Shown here: one piece after another, positions 26,353 to 35,473 of the stretch
Numbering within the stretch: position 1 is the first letter of the stretch
Layout of the letters: every line of letters begins with the position of its first letter
Assembly (NCBI GenBank): GCA_016783125.1
Contig: JADHXE010000002.1
Span: 1 to 56,677 of the forward strand
Source: Anaerolineales bacterium
Lineage (GTDB): Bacteria; Chloroflexota; Anaerolineae; Anaerolineales; UBA11858
DNA length: 56,677 nt
Direction of reading: 5' to 3'
Notes under the pieces: model-generated
What the model was told of the DNA's origin: nothing
What the model saw: the letters and a program-made list of their open reading frames with translations, nothing else
Databases searched by the model: none
Program-made: the position numbers and the translations under genes

Positions 26353-26727
26353 ATGAAGGATCGTGGCGATAAAGGATTTCGTAAGCTGAATGTTTGGAAA
26401 CGTGCTCACGAGTTGACTTTGCTGGTTTATAAGCATTCGGAGAGTATCCCTAAACGTGAGATGTTTGGATTGACTTCTCAAATTCGCCGTGCATCTGCAT
26501 CTGTTCCGGCAAACATTGCTGAAGGTTATGCTCTTGGAAGCAGTGCTCAATTTTTGCGTCATCTGCGTATTGCCCAAGGTTCTCTGGCTGAAGAAGAATA
26601 CTTTCTGATCTTGGCTTTTGATCTGGATTATCTTTCTCAGGATGAATATGATGAGGCCGAATCTCTACGTGCTGAAGTTGGCTTCTTGCTCTCTCGTCTG
26701 ATTAAATCCGTGGAAAATAAGAAGTAG
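26353..26727 (+). CDS. Four-helix-bundle protein (23S rRNA intervening-sequence protein / Avd-like family), copy 2
   Basis: KLNVWKRAHELTLLVYK...TSQIRRASASVPANIAEGY...IAQGSLAEEEY; same family pattern as 7597-8052. Confidence 0.8.
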   Translation: MKDRGDKGFRKLNVWKRAHELTLLVYKHSESIPKREMFGLTSQIRRASASVPANIAEGYALGSSAQFLRHLRIAQGSLAEEEYFLILAFDLDYLSQDEYDEAESLRAEVGFLLSRLIKSVENKK

Positions 26728-26772
26728 CTTTTGGCTCCTCTGGTTCCTTTGATCCCTATGATCCCTTATATC
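26728..26772. repeat. Complementary 9-nt-period array forming the right flank of cassette 2
   Basis: cttttggct cctctggtt cctttgatc cctatgatc ccttatatc. The reverse complement of 26728-26746 (gaaccagaggagccaaaag) matches gaaccagaagagccagaaa at 26283-26301 at 16/19. Confidence 0.8.
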
Positions 26773-26787
26773 ATTTTGGAGTAAACC

Positions 26788-28209
26788 ATGTCAACAACAA
26801 CCCTCATAAAATCCGGAACCCTGATTACTGCCTCCGAAACCTTCACCGCTGATATTCTTGTTCAAGGGGAGAAGATCGCCGCTATTGGTCAAGAGTTGGA
26901 TGTTCAAGATGCAGAGATCATCGATGCTTCCGGCAAGTTGATCATGCCTGGCGGCATTGACCCTCACGTCCACCTGGCTTTACCGATGTTCGATACGATC
27001 TCATCCGATGATCACTATACCGGTCACAAGGCCGCCGCTTTTGGGGGAACAACAACCGCGCTGGATTTCGTTGTGCAGGAGCCGCAAGGCTTTGCTCATT
27101 CGGTGGATATTTGGCGGCGTAAGGCTGAGATAGCCGCCATAGACTACGGCTTTCATATGAACCTGACTCACTTTGATGAACAGGTAGGACGCGAAATTCC
27201 CTCTCTTGTGGAGATGGGGATCACTACGTTGAAGGTCTTTACCGCCTACAATGGTCGCTTGCGCCTGCCGGATGGCGACATCTTTCAGGCGATGCGCATA
27301 GCCAAAGATCATGGCATGTTGACCATGCTGCACGCCGAAAATGGGGATGTGATCGATGTGCTGGTTGAAGAAACCCTGGCCGCAGGGCACACTACTCCAG
27401 AATGGCACGCCCGCACAAGACCTGCCTGGGGAGCGGTAGAGGCTGCTTTACGCGGTTTCGCCCTCGCTGCGGAGACGGGCGCGCCGTTATACCTTGTCCA
27501 TATGAACGTGGCTGGCGAAGTGGATATGCTGCATTACGCCCGCCAACGCGGCATCAAGGTGATGGGGGAAACCTGCTCTCAATACCTGTTCTTCACTGAA
27601 GATCATCTGCGCCGCGCAGATGGCGCCAAGTGGATCTGTTCCCCGCCAATGCGCACCGAGGCTGATAATGCCCGGCTGTGGGATGGCATTGCGGATGGTA
27701 CGATCCAGGTGATGGGCACGGATCACTGTCCGTTCTTCTTCGACGGCACGAAACCAATTCTTTATGAAGAGGAGGAAATCGCCATCCCTGGTAAGGAGCT
27801 TGGCGCTCAGGATTTCACTAAAATTCCCAATGGTTTGCCAGGTATCCAGGATCGTATGCCAATCTTGTGGACTGAAGGTGTCGTCAAGGGGCGCATTACC
27901 CCGAATCAATTCGTAGCTATGATGAGCACGAACCCAGCCAAGATATTTGGGCTATATCCCCGAAAGGGCGCGCTCCTCCCAGGTTCTGATGCTGATATTG
28001 TCATCTGGGATCCCGAACGGGTTGTAGACTATGGGGTAGCGATGTCTCATCAGCGCACGGATTACAGTCTGTATGAGGGCTGGGAGTTGAAGGGGTATCC
28101 TGAGAAGGTTTATTTACGCGGAGAATTGATCATCGATGGGGAAGAATGGCTTGGCGCGCCGGGTAAGGGGATGTATTTGCACCGAACCCCGAATGCCGAA
28201 ATTCTGTAG
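26788..28209 (+). CDS. Dihydropyrimidinase / D-hydantoinase-type cyclic amidohydrolase
   Basis: GGIDPHVHL, LHAENGD, GTDHCPF motifs; 473 aa. Confidence 0.85.
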   Translation: MSTTTLIKSGTLITASETFTADILVQGEKIAAIGQELDVQDAEIIDASGKLIMPGGIDPHVHLALPMFDTISSDDHYTGHKAAAFGGTTTALDFVVQEPQGFAHSVDIWRRKAEIAAIDYGFHMNLTHFDEQVGREIPSLVEMGITTLKVFTAYNGRLRLPDGDIFQAMRIAKDHGMLTMLHAENGDVIDVLVEETLAAGHTTPEWHARTRPAWGAVEAALRGFALAAETGAPLYLVHMNVAGEVDMLHYARQRGIKVMGETCSQYLFFTEDHLRRADGAKWICSPPMRTEADNARLWDGIADGTIQVMGTDHCPFFFDGTKPILYEEEEIAIPGKELGAQDFTKIPNGLPGIQDRMPILWTEGVVKGRITPNQFVAMMSTNPAKIFGLYPRKGALLPGSDADIVIWDPERVVDYGVAMSHQRTDYSLYEGWELKGYPEKVYLRGELIIDGEEWLGAPGKGMYLHRTPNAEIL

Positions 28210-28230
28210 TAGGAATTTACTGTTCTGTGG

Positions 28231-28259
28231 TACAATGTAGTTACATTTGTGACTACATT
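28231..28259 (+). promoter_or_regulatory. Candidate promoter/operator of the phd-vapC module
   Basis: TACAAT (28231-28236) overlapping the inverted repeat aatgtagt (28234-28241) / actacatt (28252-28259). Confidence 0.45.
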
Positions 28260-28276
28260 AGTTCTAGAGGTTGGTT

Positions 28277-28555
28277 ATGCCAGATATCGGTATCCGTGAA
28301 TTAAAAGCTCGTGCATCGGAGATTGTTCGAACGGTGCGGGAGAAACGCGCCCGTTATGTCGTAACTCATCGAGGCCGTCCAGTGGCGATTCTTATGCCGC
28401 TGGAAAGCACCGAGGCTCCTGCTCCCGCGCACACGATTCAAAATGAAAACTCTGGGTCAGCCTGGGAAGAGTTGAAAAGATTGGGTGAAGAAATCGGAAG
28501 AGAATGGCAATCAGAAAAAAGTGCTGTTGAAATTCTCTCGGAAACGAGGCGGTGA
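28277..28555 (+). CDS. Phd/YefM-type antitoxin
   Basis: MPDIGIRELKARASEIVRTV...VVTHRGRPVAILMP pattern; GAGG RBS before ATG 28277. Confidence 0.8.
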   Translation: MPDIGIRELKARASEIVRTVREKRARYVVTHRGRPVAILMPLESTEAPAPAHTIQNENSGSAWEELKRLGEEIGREWQSEKSAVEILSETRR

Positions 28556-28564
28556 GGTAGTTCT

Positions 28565-29002
28565 ATGGCAAGTACTCATACTGTCGATGCCAGTGTTTTC
28601 TTGAATGCCTTCAATCCGTATGAGGCTGGTCATGAAATCAGCAATCAGTTCTTGGCTCTGTTGCAAGAGAACGCCATGCCTATTATTGTACCAACCCTGC
28701 TCTTATCGGAAGTCGCTGCTGCAATAAGCCGCGGTCGAGGTGAGGCGCAATTGGCCAGAGATTTCGCAGCCACCTTAGCGGAATTACCCCACATGATCTG
28801 GATACCCCTGGATATGACTCTATCCCAGCAAGCAGTTGACATTGCTGCAAATTATCGTTTACGAGGCAGCGATGCAGTCTATGCAGCGACTGCTGCACGT
28901 TTTGGATGTGATTTAGTCACCTTAGATCAGGAGCAGTGCCAACGTGTCGCTGATGTTTTACCAGCGAAGTATCCAGCCGATGCTTTGAATGAGCTAACCT
29001 GA
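28565..29002 (+). CDS. vapC: PIN-domain VapC toxin
   Basis: Acidic PIN residues in VDASV, LSEV, SDAVYAA, TLD; follows the antitoxin gene by 9 nt. Confidence 0.8.
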   Translation: MASTHTVDASVFLNAFNPYEAGHEISNQFLALLQENAMPIIVPTLLLSEVAAAISRGRGEAQLARDFAATLAELPHMIWIPLDMTLSQQAVDIAANYRLRGSDAVYAATAARFGCDLVTLDQEQCQRVADVLPAKYPADALNELT

Positions 29003-29096
29003 TCTTTAGAATTTTCCACTTGAATTTGGTAAAATCGGTATACAGCAATTAATGGATGCGTTTCAAATGAGGTAAAAAGTGACCGTATTGCCTACC

Positions 29097-29207
29097 TTGA
29101 CAATGTCACATTCGCGGAAAGCTCCGAAATTTGGGGGTACGAGCGGGGTTCCACCCCGCTCGTACCCCCAAATTTCGAGTTTCTTGCTTGAAATGTGACA
29201 TTGTCAA
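29097..29207. repeat. Composite nested palindrome (variant core + outer arms)
   Basis: Outer ttgacaatgtcacatt (29097-29112) / aatgtgacattgtcaa (29192-29207). Inner tccgaaatttgggggtacgagcgggg-ttcca-ccccgctcgtacccccaaatttcgag (29123-29179). Confidence 0.85.
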
Positions 29208-29303
29208 ACTACGGTATATTTCGTAAGTCTTCCCGAATACGCAATACACAAGGACATCTTCAACCGAAACGAAACACACCCGAAATAAATAAGGAGTCGC
29301 ATA

Positions 29304-29729
29304 ATGACGGAAGATAATCAAAAACCCCTATACTTCACCCCGGATCCTAAGATCGGCTTTACTGCTGAACGCCGCGAGGATGGCGGCATGAATTTGATCT
29401 TCACGGATATCACGCACGAGACTTTAGGACATTGGCACAAATTTGCGGAGGAGCACCTGATTGGCTCTGACCGACTTGTGCGCAATCTTTACGACTTGCG
29501 CAAGGTTGAAAGGCTCTCTGATGAGGCCATTCAAATGGCGATTGAATTGAACAATGATCCTTCCACACGCAACATCCGGCTGGCGGCAGTCGTCGCGAAC
29601 GATGCAGTGCGTTCGGCCATGCAAAAAATCTTCGACAACACCCCTGGCGGCGGGGTGCGCATGGGTATCTTTGAAGATAGAGAAGAAGCCGAAGCCTGGC
29701 TAAATCGTCCTATCGAGCAAATGGTTTAA
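29304..29729 (+). CDS. Hypothetical protein (possibly SpoIIAA/STAS-like fold)
   Basis: 141-aa ORF with a strong AAGGAG RBS. The C-terminal pattern RLAAVVAN...GIFEDREEAEAWL resembles STAS/SpoIIAA-like DUF proteins; weak call. Confidence 0.4.
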   Translation: MTEDNQKPLYFTPDPKIGFTAERREDGGMNLIFTDITHETLGHWHKFAEEHLIGSDRLVRNLYDLRKVERLSDEAIQMAIELNNDPSTRNIRLAAVVANDAVRSAMQKIFDNTPGGGVRMGIFEDREEAEAWLNRPIEQMV

Positions 29730-29861
29730 GTTCATAAAACTGGGATGCCCGCACATCGCAGACATTTTTTATATCCAAAATGTTAAAGGAATGACCCGCG
29801 TGGCGCGCGGCGGATGCCATTGTGAGGCGGTATAATCCTTAGTGGATTGTTGGAGGTAATG

Positions 29862-30089
29862 ATGGTAAAGAATTATAAAATCATCGTTGAAAAATACCCT
29901 GATAACTACGTGGCATATCCTTTAGGTCTTAAAGGTGTGGTAGTAGGGCAGGGTGATACTTATGAAGAAGCCCTGGCAGACGTGAAATCAGCTATAAAGT
30001 TTCATATTGAGACGTTTGGGCAGGATGTTTTTGAGGCTGATAAACTCGTGTTAGATGCCTTTGTTGCTGAAGCTGGGGTTATTATTTAA
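29862..30089 (+). CDS. hicB: HicB-family antitoxin
   Basis: YKIIVEKYPDNYVAYPLGLKGVVVGQGDTYEEALADVKSAIKFHIE; GGAGG RBS; TATAAT at 29831-29836. Confidence 0.8.
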   Translation: MVKNYKIIVEKYPDNYVAYPLGLKGVVVGQGDTYEEALADVKSAIKFHIETFGQDVFEADKLVLDAFVAEAGVII

Positions 30090-30328
30090 TGCCAAAATTC
30101 CCTGTTGACGCACCCATAAAACGCGTCATCAAATCTTTTAAACAGCTTGGTTTCCGGATCGTGCGAGCGGGTAATCATATTTCGATGATGCGTGAGAACT
30201 CAGATGGGTCCCGTACTCCGTTGACCATGCCAAATCATTCTCGCATCAAAGGCTCAACACTTCGAACCATCCTTTCTCAGGCAGGTATTTCGAGGGATGA
30301 TTTCCTGAAAGTTTACGAAGATACCTGA
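30089..30328 (+). CDS. hicA: HicA-family mRNA interferase toxin
   Basis: IKSFKQLGFRIVRAGNHISM...MPNHSRIKGSTLRTILSQAGIS; the ATG overlaps the hicB stop (TAATG). Confidence 0.8.
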   Translation: MPKFPVDAPIKRVIKSFKQLGFRIVRAGNHISMMRENSDGSRTPLTMPNHSRIKGSTLRTILSQAGISRDDFLKVYEDT

Positions 30329-30343
30329 TTCGAATATAACTGC

Positions 30344-30467
30344 TTCGACAATGTCAGCTTAGCGAGAAAATCAGAAATTGGGGTGTGCGGGCAGGGTGTA
30401 CACCCCGCCCGCACACCCCAATTTCTGAGTAATTTTTCCTTCGGTAGTGCAACTTGACATTGTCGAA
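30344..30467. repeat. Composite nested palindrome, same subfamily as 29097-29207
   Basis: Outer ttcgacaatgtcag (30344-30357) / cttgacattgtcgaa (30453-30467). Inner tcagaaattggggtgtgcgggcaggg-tgtaca-ccccgcccgcacaccccaatttctga (30371-30428). Confidence 0.85.
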
Positions 30468-30490
30468 CTACTCAGGCTAAAGGCGAGACG

Positions 30491-30527
30491 CCCCGAAAAA
30501 GGGTGTGCAGTTGCATAGTGCTATAAT
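30491..30527 (+). promoter_or_regulatory. Solo left half of the palindromic repeat fused to an extended -10 promoter for acnA
   Basis: ccccgaaaaagggtgtgc (30491-30508) with no right arm; TGcTATAAT at 30519-30527, 31 nt upstream of the acnA ATG. Confidence 0.5.
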
Positions 30528-30558
30528 TCCCACCGCAAATCTGAACAGAGGAGATTTT

Positions 30559-33267
30559 ATGATGGCACAAGATTATTTTGGAGCCCGTGGTTGGTTGTCT
30601 ACTTCCCATGGGCGCTATGTGATTTACCGGTTGGATAAATTAGAAAAAGCAGGCCTCACGAAACTGGATCGTTTGCCCTTTTCGATCCGCGTGATGTTAG
30701 AGTCTGTCTTGCGGCAGTGTGACGAGCGGGCAATCACCAGGCAAGATGTAGAAAACTTAGCAGGTTGGACACCACAGGCTGACAAACGCCCTGTGTTGCC
30801 TTTCCGTCCGGGCCGCGTGGTCATGCAAGATTTTACTGGTGTGCCCGCCGTGGTTGACCTGGCTGCTATGCGGTCGGCGATGGCCCGCTTGGGTGGCGAC
30901 CCCAAGAAGATCAATCCGCTGGTCAATGTAGATTTGGTCATCGATCACTCTGTTCAGGTGGATTTCTTTGCTGACTCCGATTCCTTGCGTAGAAATGCTG
31001 AACTTGAATTCCAGCGCAATCGTGAACGGTATGAGTTCCTGCACTGGGGGCAAAAAGCCTTCGATAATTTCCGGGTGGTGCCGCCAGCCACGGGCATCAT
31101 TCATCAGGTCAACCTGGAATATCTTGCCGATGTGGTCTTGAAAAAAGAAATTGATGGTGAGCGGATTGCTTTCCCCGATACACTCGTGGGCACAGACTCG
31201 CACACAACCATGATTAATGGCTTGGGGGTTGTTGGATGGGGGGTTGGCGGCATCGAAGCTGAAGCGGCTATCCTCGGCCAGCAAATCGATATGCTGACTC
31301 CAGATGTGATCGGTTTTAAATTATTTGGCAAGATGCAGGATGGCATCACCGCCACCGATCTGGTGCTGCTCATTGTGCAGATGCTGCGTGAGAAGGGCGT
31401 GGTCGGCAAGTTCGTGGAATTCTACGGCCCGGGGCTGGATGTGCTCTCCCTGCCTGACCGGGCGACCATTGCCAACATGGCCCCAGAGTATGGCGCAACC
31501 ATGGGCTTCTTCCCTGTAGACGATGAAACCCTGCGTTATCTGCGCCTGACAGGCCGCTCAGATGAGGTTATCGAACGCGTGGAGATGTATCTCAAAGAGC
31601 AGCGTCTTTTCCGTACTCCAGACACTCCTGACCCGCAATATACAGATACCCTGGAACTGGAACTTGGATCCGTTGAACCCAATCTGGCTGGTCCAACGCT
31701 GCCGCACCATCGTGTCGCGCTGAAAGATATGAAAGCTGCTTTCCAGGCCGCCCTGAGAAAACCTGTGGCCGAGCGCGGTTTTGCCCTGGACGAAGAAGCG
31801 GTTGAAACCAAAATCTCCATTGGCACAAATGGCTCCACAGAAGAGATGGGCCATGGCGCGGTAGTGATCGCCGCGATCACTTCTTGTACGAATACATCCA
31901 ATCCCTCGGTGATGATTGGAGCTGGTTTGGTAGCTAAGAAGGCGGTTGAGCTAGGATTGGAAGTCAAACCCTATGTCAAAACCAGCCTGGCCCCAGGTTC
32001 CCGGGTGGTAACAGAATACCTGAGTCAATCGAAATTATTAGAGCCGTTGGCCAGGTTGGGTTTCAATGTGGTGGGGTATGGCTGCACCACTTGCATTGGT
32101 AACTCTGGACCGCTGTCCAGTGAGATCGTGCGCGGCATCAACGAAGCGGATCTCGTCGCCGCAGCAGTACTCTCTGGAAACCGCAACTTCGAGGGACGTA
32201 TCAGCCCGCATGTGCGCGCCAATTACCTGGCTTCCCCGCCGTTGGTGGTGGCCTATGCCCTGGCCGGCACAGTAGACATCGACCTGAACGCTGATCCCTT
32301 GGGAAGTGATAAAGATGGTCAGCCTGTGTACTTGCGAGATATCTGGCCCAGTTCCGATGACATTCTGGACACCATCGCCAGCAATGTCACCCCCGAGATG
32401 TTCAAACGTCAATATGCCGACGTTTTCGATGGCAATGAGATCTGGAATAAGATCGAGGCTGGCGGCGGTGATGTCTATTCCTGGGATGAAGATTCAACCT
32501 ACATTCAAGAGCCGCCATTCTTTGTCGATCTGACACCCGAAGTCCCCGATATAGAGGAGATCAAGGGTGCGCGTGTTTTAGCCCTGCTTGGAGATTCGAT
32601 CACCACAGATCATATCTCCCCAGCAGGGGCGATCCCCCCCGATGGCCCAGCCGGTCAGTATCTGATTGGAAGGAATGTGAAAGCGCGCGACTTCAACTCC
32701 TTTGGTTCTCGTAGAGGTAACGACCGCGTGATGACCCGGGGCACTTTTGGCAATATCCGTCTGAAGAACCAGCTTGTGCCCGGGACCGAGGGAAGTTACA
32801 CAGTCCACATGCCCGGCGGTGAGCAGATGAGCATCTTCAAGACTTCGAAGAAGTATCAAGAAGCTGGGACTCCGTTGGTTGTCCTCGCAGGCAAACAATA
32901 TGGCACCGGCTCCAGCCGCGACTGGGCCGCCAAAGGGACTCTGCTTTTAGGGGTCAAGGCGGTGATTGCTGAATCCTACGAGCGTATCCATCGTTCAAAT
33001 CTGGTTGGGATGGGTGTGCTGCCGCTGCAATTCAAGGAAGGTCAAAGCGCTGATCGTTTAGCTCTCACCGGCCAGGAAGCTTTCGATATCCTGGGCTTGA
33101 ACAACGATATCAAACACCAGAGCGAAGTCACTGTGCGAGCGACCAAAGAAGATGGCTCTGCCGTCGAATTCCAGGTTGATGTGCGTCTGGATACCGCCAT
33201 CGAGGTGGAATACTATCGCAATGGAGGCATCCTGCACACAGTCCTGCGCAATATGCTTACAGAATAA
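30559..33267 (+). CDS. acnA: Aconitate hydratase A
   Basis: [38 protein letters not shown]; about 900 aa; GAGGAG RBS before ATG 30559. Confidence 0.95.
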   Translation: MMAQDYFGARGWLSTSHGRYVIYRLDKLEKAGLTKLDRLPFSIRVMLESVLRQCDERAITRQDVENLAGWTPQADKRPVLPFRPGRVVMQDFTGVPAVVDLAAMRSAMARLGGDPKKINPLVNVDLVIDHSVQVDFFADSDSLRRNAELEFQRNRERYEFLHWGQKAFDNFRVVPPATGIIHQVNLEYLADVVLKKEIDGERIAFPDTLVGTDSHTTMINGLGVVGWGVGGIEAEAAILGQQIDMLTPDVIGFKLFGKMQDGITATDLVLLIVQMLREKGVVGKFVEFYGPGLDVLSLPDRATIANMAPEYGATMGFFPVDDETLRYLRLTGRSDEVIERVEMYLKEQRLFRTPDTPDPQYTDTLELELGSVEPNLAGPTLPHHRVALKDMKAAFQAALRKPVAERGFALDEEAVETKISIGTNGSTEEMGHGAVVIAAITSCTNTSNPSVMIGAGLVAKKAVELGLEVKPYVKTSLAPGSRVVTEYLSQSKLLEPLARLGFNVVGYGCTTCIGNSGPLSSEIVRGINEADLVAAAVLSGNRNFEGRISPHVRANYLASPPLVVAYALAGTVDIDLNADPLGSDKDGQPVYLRDIWPSSDDILDTIASNVTPEMFKRQYADVFDGNEIWNKIEAGGGDVYSWDEDSTYIQEPPFFVDLTPEVPDIEEIKGARVLALLGDSITTDHISPAGAIPPDGPAGQYLIGRNVKARDFNSFGSRRGNDRVMTRGTFGNIRLKNQLVPGTEGSYTVHMPGGEQMSIFKTSKKYQEAGTPLVVLAGKQYGTGSSRDWAAKGTLLLGVKAVIAESYERIHRSNLVGMGVLPLQFKEGQSADRLALTGQEAFDILGLNNDIKHQSEVTVRATKEDGSAVEFQVDVRLDTAIEVEYYRNGGILHTVLRNMLTE

Positions 33268-33289
33268 ATACCAAATGGCGAAGAACCAG

Positions 33290-33335
33290 AAAAACAGGTA
33301 TGCGTGGCCGCGGACACACATACCTGTTTTATTTT
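33290..33335 (+). terminator. acnA intrinsic terminator, a diverged member of the palindromic family
   Basis: aaaaa-caggtatgcgtgg-ccgcgg-acacacatacctg-ttttatttt (1 mismatch in the stem); same A-run / stem / T-run layout and the tgcgtgg core. Confidence 0.75.
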
Positions 33336-33406
33336 GTGAAGCAGAATACCCCTATTCTTACATCCTTCTAACACTTTTGCGGTAAAACTTTAATAGTTTG
33401 TACATG

Positions 33407-33451
33407 AACCAGGAATTTGGGAAACCGAAGGTTGTTCCTGCATTCCTGGTT
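33407..33451. promoter_or_regulatory. Inverted repeat upstream of htpG (operator or 5'-UTR structure candidate)
   Basis: aaccaggaat (33407-33416) / attcctggtt (33442-33451), perfect 10-mers 25 nt apart, about 30 nt upstream of the htpG ATG. Confidence 0.4.
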
Positions 33452-33483
33452 TCCTAATAAAAATGCACTCTCAGGAGGAAGTA

Positions 33484-35343
33484 ATGGCTGAAAACAAACC
33501 CATCGCCTTCAAAGCCGAAATCAAACAACTGCTTGATATTCTCATCCACTCTCTCTATACAGACCGCGAAATATTCCTGCGCGAGCTGATCTCGAACGCC
33601 TCAGACGCCCTCACCCAGATGGATTTCGTGATGCTTACGGACCGTAGTGTGCTTGATCCTGATGTGGAATTGGCCATCTGTTTGAGCGTCGATGAAGATG
33701 AAAAAATCATCACCATCAGCGACACTGGCGTTGGGATGACCCGTGATGAGCTGACCACAAACCTGGGCACGATTGCACAGTCTGGCGCCCAAGCTTTCCT
33801 GAATGCGACCGATGAGGGAGTAGACCAACAGCAGCTCGCTGATGTTATCGGGCAGTTTGGGGTTGGCTTTTACTCTGTATTCATGGTAGCCGAGTGGGTG
33901 CGGGTGACTTCACGTTCCTTTAAGCCCCGTGCCAAAACCGCCACCTGGTACGCCACCGGGGAAGATACTTTCACAGTCGAGGCTGCTGAAAAAGAGCATC
34001 GCGGCACAACTATCGAGATCAAACTCAAAGAAGATACCGAAGAGTTCGCCAACGAAAGCCGCCTGCGAGATATCATCAAAAAGCACTCTGATTATGTGCG
34101 TTTCCCCATCTACGTTGGAGACGCAGAAGAGCAGACCAACCGCCAGACAGCCATCTGGCGACAGGCCCCGCGTGAGGTAGAAAACGGTGAATACAACGAA
34201 TTCTACAAGCACCTCACCCTGGATTTCGAAGACCCTATCACCCGCGTTCATTTTGTAGCTGACGCTCCCCTGCGCATCTTCTCTCTGCTCTATATCCCAA
34301 CCAACCCCGAGCGCAATATGTTCTCCCTGCGCAAGGAGGATGGTCTCAAGCTCTATGCCCGCAAGGTACTCATTCAGGAATATACCACCGACCTGCTGCC
34401 GCCCTATTTCCGCTTCATTCAGGGTGTCGTCGACTCTGAAGACCTGCCGCTCAATGTCTCCCGCGAGACCGTCCAGGCCACGGCCTTGATGGGGCGCATC
34501 AAGAAGATACTTACCGGCCAGGTCACCAAGCAGCTTACGACCATGGCTGAGAAAGAACCTGAAAAGTACGCCCAGTTCTGGCAGGCCTTCAGCCCCTTCA
34601 TCAAGGAGGGTATTGCTTCCGAGCAGTCTAATCGTGAGAGCCTTTACCCCTTTGTGCGCTTCCACACCACCGTTCACCCCGAGAGTTGGGTTTCGCTCAA
34701 GGATTACGTGGAACGCATGAAAACCGACCAGGATAAGATTTACTATATCCTCGGCGACGATGACCGATCCGTGGCTCGCAGCCCGCACCTGGATTACTTC
34801 CGTAAGCATGGTTATGAAGTGATTACATTGACCGATCCCATGGATTCATTCATGCTGTTGGGATTGCGTGAGTTTGGGGATTACCAGCTTCAGAACGTGG
34901 CTGCGCCAGATCTGGAACTCCCAGTTGCTGAGGGAACCCCTGGGGAGGAACCTGCCCCCGAGGCGCTTCCCGAAAAAGATTTCAAAAAACTGGTCGAATG
35001 CTTCAAAGAGCAATTAGGCGAACGCATCACGGATGTGCGCGCCAGTGATCGCCTCTCCGACTCCGTCGCCCGCCTGGTTGATCCAGAAGGTTCCATGGAT
35101 CAGGAGATGCAGCGCGTCTATCGTCTCATGGATCGTGATTATGAAGTACCCAAAAAGGTGCTGGAACTCAACCCCAGCCATCCCATGTTGACTCGCTTGA
35201 GCGCGCTGCCCGCTGACGAGAAGTTGAGCACCGCTGTCATCGAACAAATCTACGAGAGCGCCCTGCTCATCGAAGGCTTGCACCCCGACCCGGCTGGTAT
35301 GCTGCCGCGCATCCAGGCGCTGATGGAAGCAGCCCTACGTTAA
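33484..35343 (+). CDS. htpG: Hsp90-family chaperone HtpG
   Basis: LISNASDAL, IGQFGVGFYS; AGGAGGA RBS before ATG 33484. Confidence 0.95.
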   Translation: MAENKPIAFKAEIKQLLDILIHSLYTDREIFLRELISNASDALTQMDFVMLTDRSVLDPDVELAICLSVDEDEKIITISDTGVGMTRDELTTNLGTIAQSGAQAFLNATDEGVDQQQLADVIGQFGVGFYSVFMVAEWVRVTSRSFKPRAKTATWYATGEDTFTVEAAEKEHRGTTIEIKLKEDTEEFANESRLRDIIKKHSDYVRFPIYVGDAEEQTNRQTAIWRQAPREVENGEYNEFYKHLTLDFEDPITRVHFVADAPLRIFSLLYIPTNPERNMFSLRKEDGLKLYARKVLIQEYTTDLLPPYFRFIQGVVDSEDLPLNVSRETVQATALMGRIKKILTGQVTKQLTTMAEKEPEKYAQFWQAFSPFIKEGIASEQSNRESLYPFVRFHTTVHPESWVSLKDYVERMKTDQDKIYYILGDDDRSVARSPHLDYFRKHGYEVITLTDPMDSFMLLGLREFGDYQLQNVAAPDLELPVAEGTPGEEPAPEALPEKDFKKLVECFKEQLGERITDVRASDRLSDSVARLVDPEGSMDQEMQRVYRLMDRDYEVPKKVLELNPSHPMLTRLSALPADEKLSTAVIEQIYESALLIEGLHPDPAGMLPRIQALMEAALR

Positions 35344-35392
35344 ATCAATAACCCGGTTCCTTCGCCCAACGGGCGGAACCGGGTTATTGATT
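35343..35392. terminator. htpG terminator hairpin
   Basis: Perfect 18-bp arms aatcaataacccggttcc / ggaaccgggttattgatt; GC core with A/T-rich base (bidirectional-terminator-like). Confidence 0.7.
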
Positions 35393-35473
35393 TCCCATCC
35401 CTTTCATTTCCATTAAAGATCTAATTCGAGCAAGTTATTATGCTAAAATGAATAGGTTAAATCTAGTTAGACA

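Noticed and set aside
29097-30467. Integron attC sites / gene cassette array for the composite palindromes flanking hicBA
   Set aside because: There is no intI gene. The element ends lack the RYYYAAC / GTTRRRY core sites, and the conserved inner core looks like a terminator instead.
33910-34809. Long antisense ORFs inside real genes (for example 299 aa opposite htpG; also 7105-7914, 16836-17534, 22034-22603, 40053-40712, 30757-31284)
   Set aside because: They lie opposite strongly supported genes, have low-complexity or Arg/Ser/Pro-rich translations and no family resemblance. These are typical shadow ORFs in GC-rich DNA.
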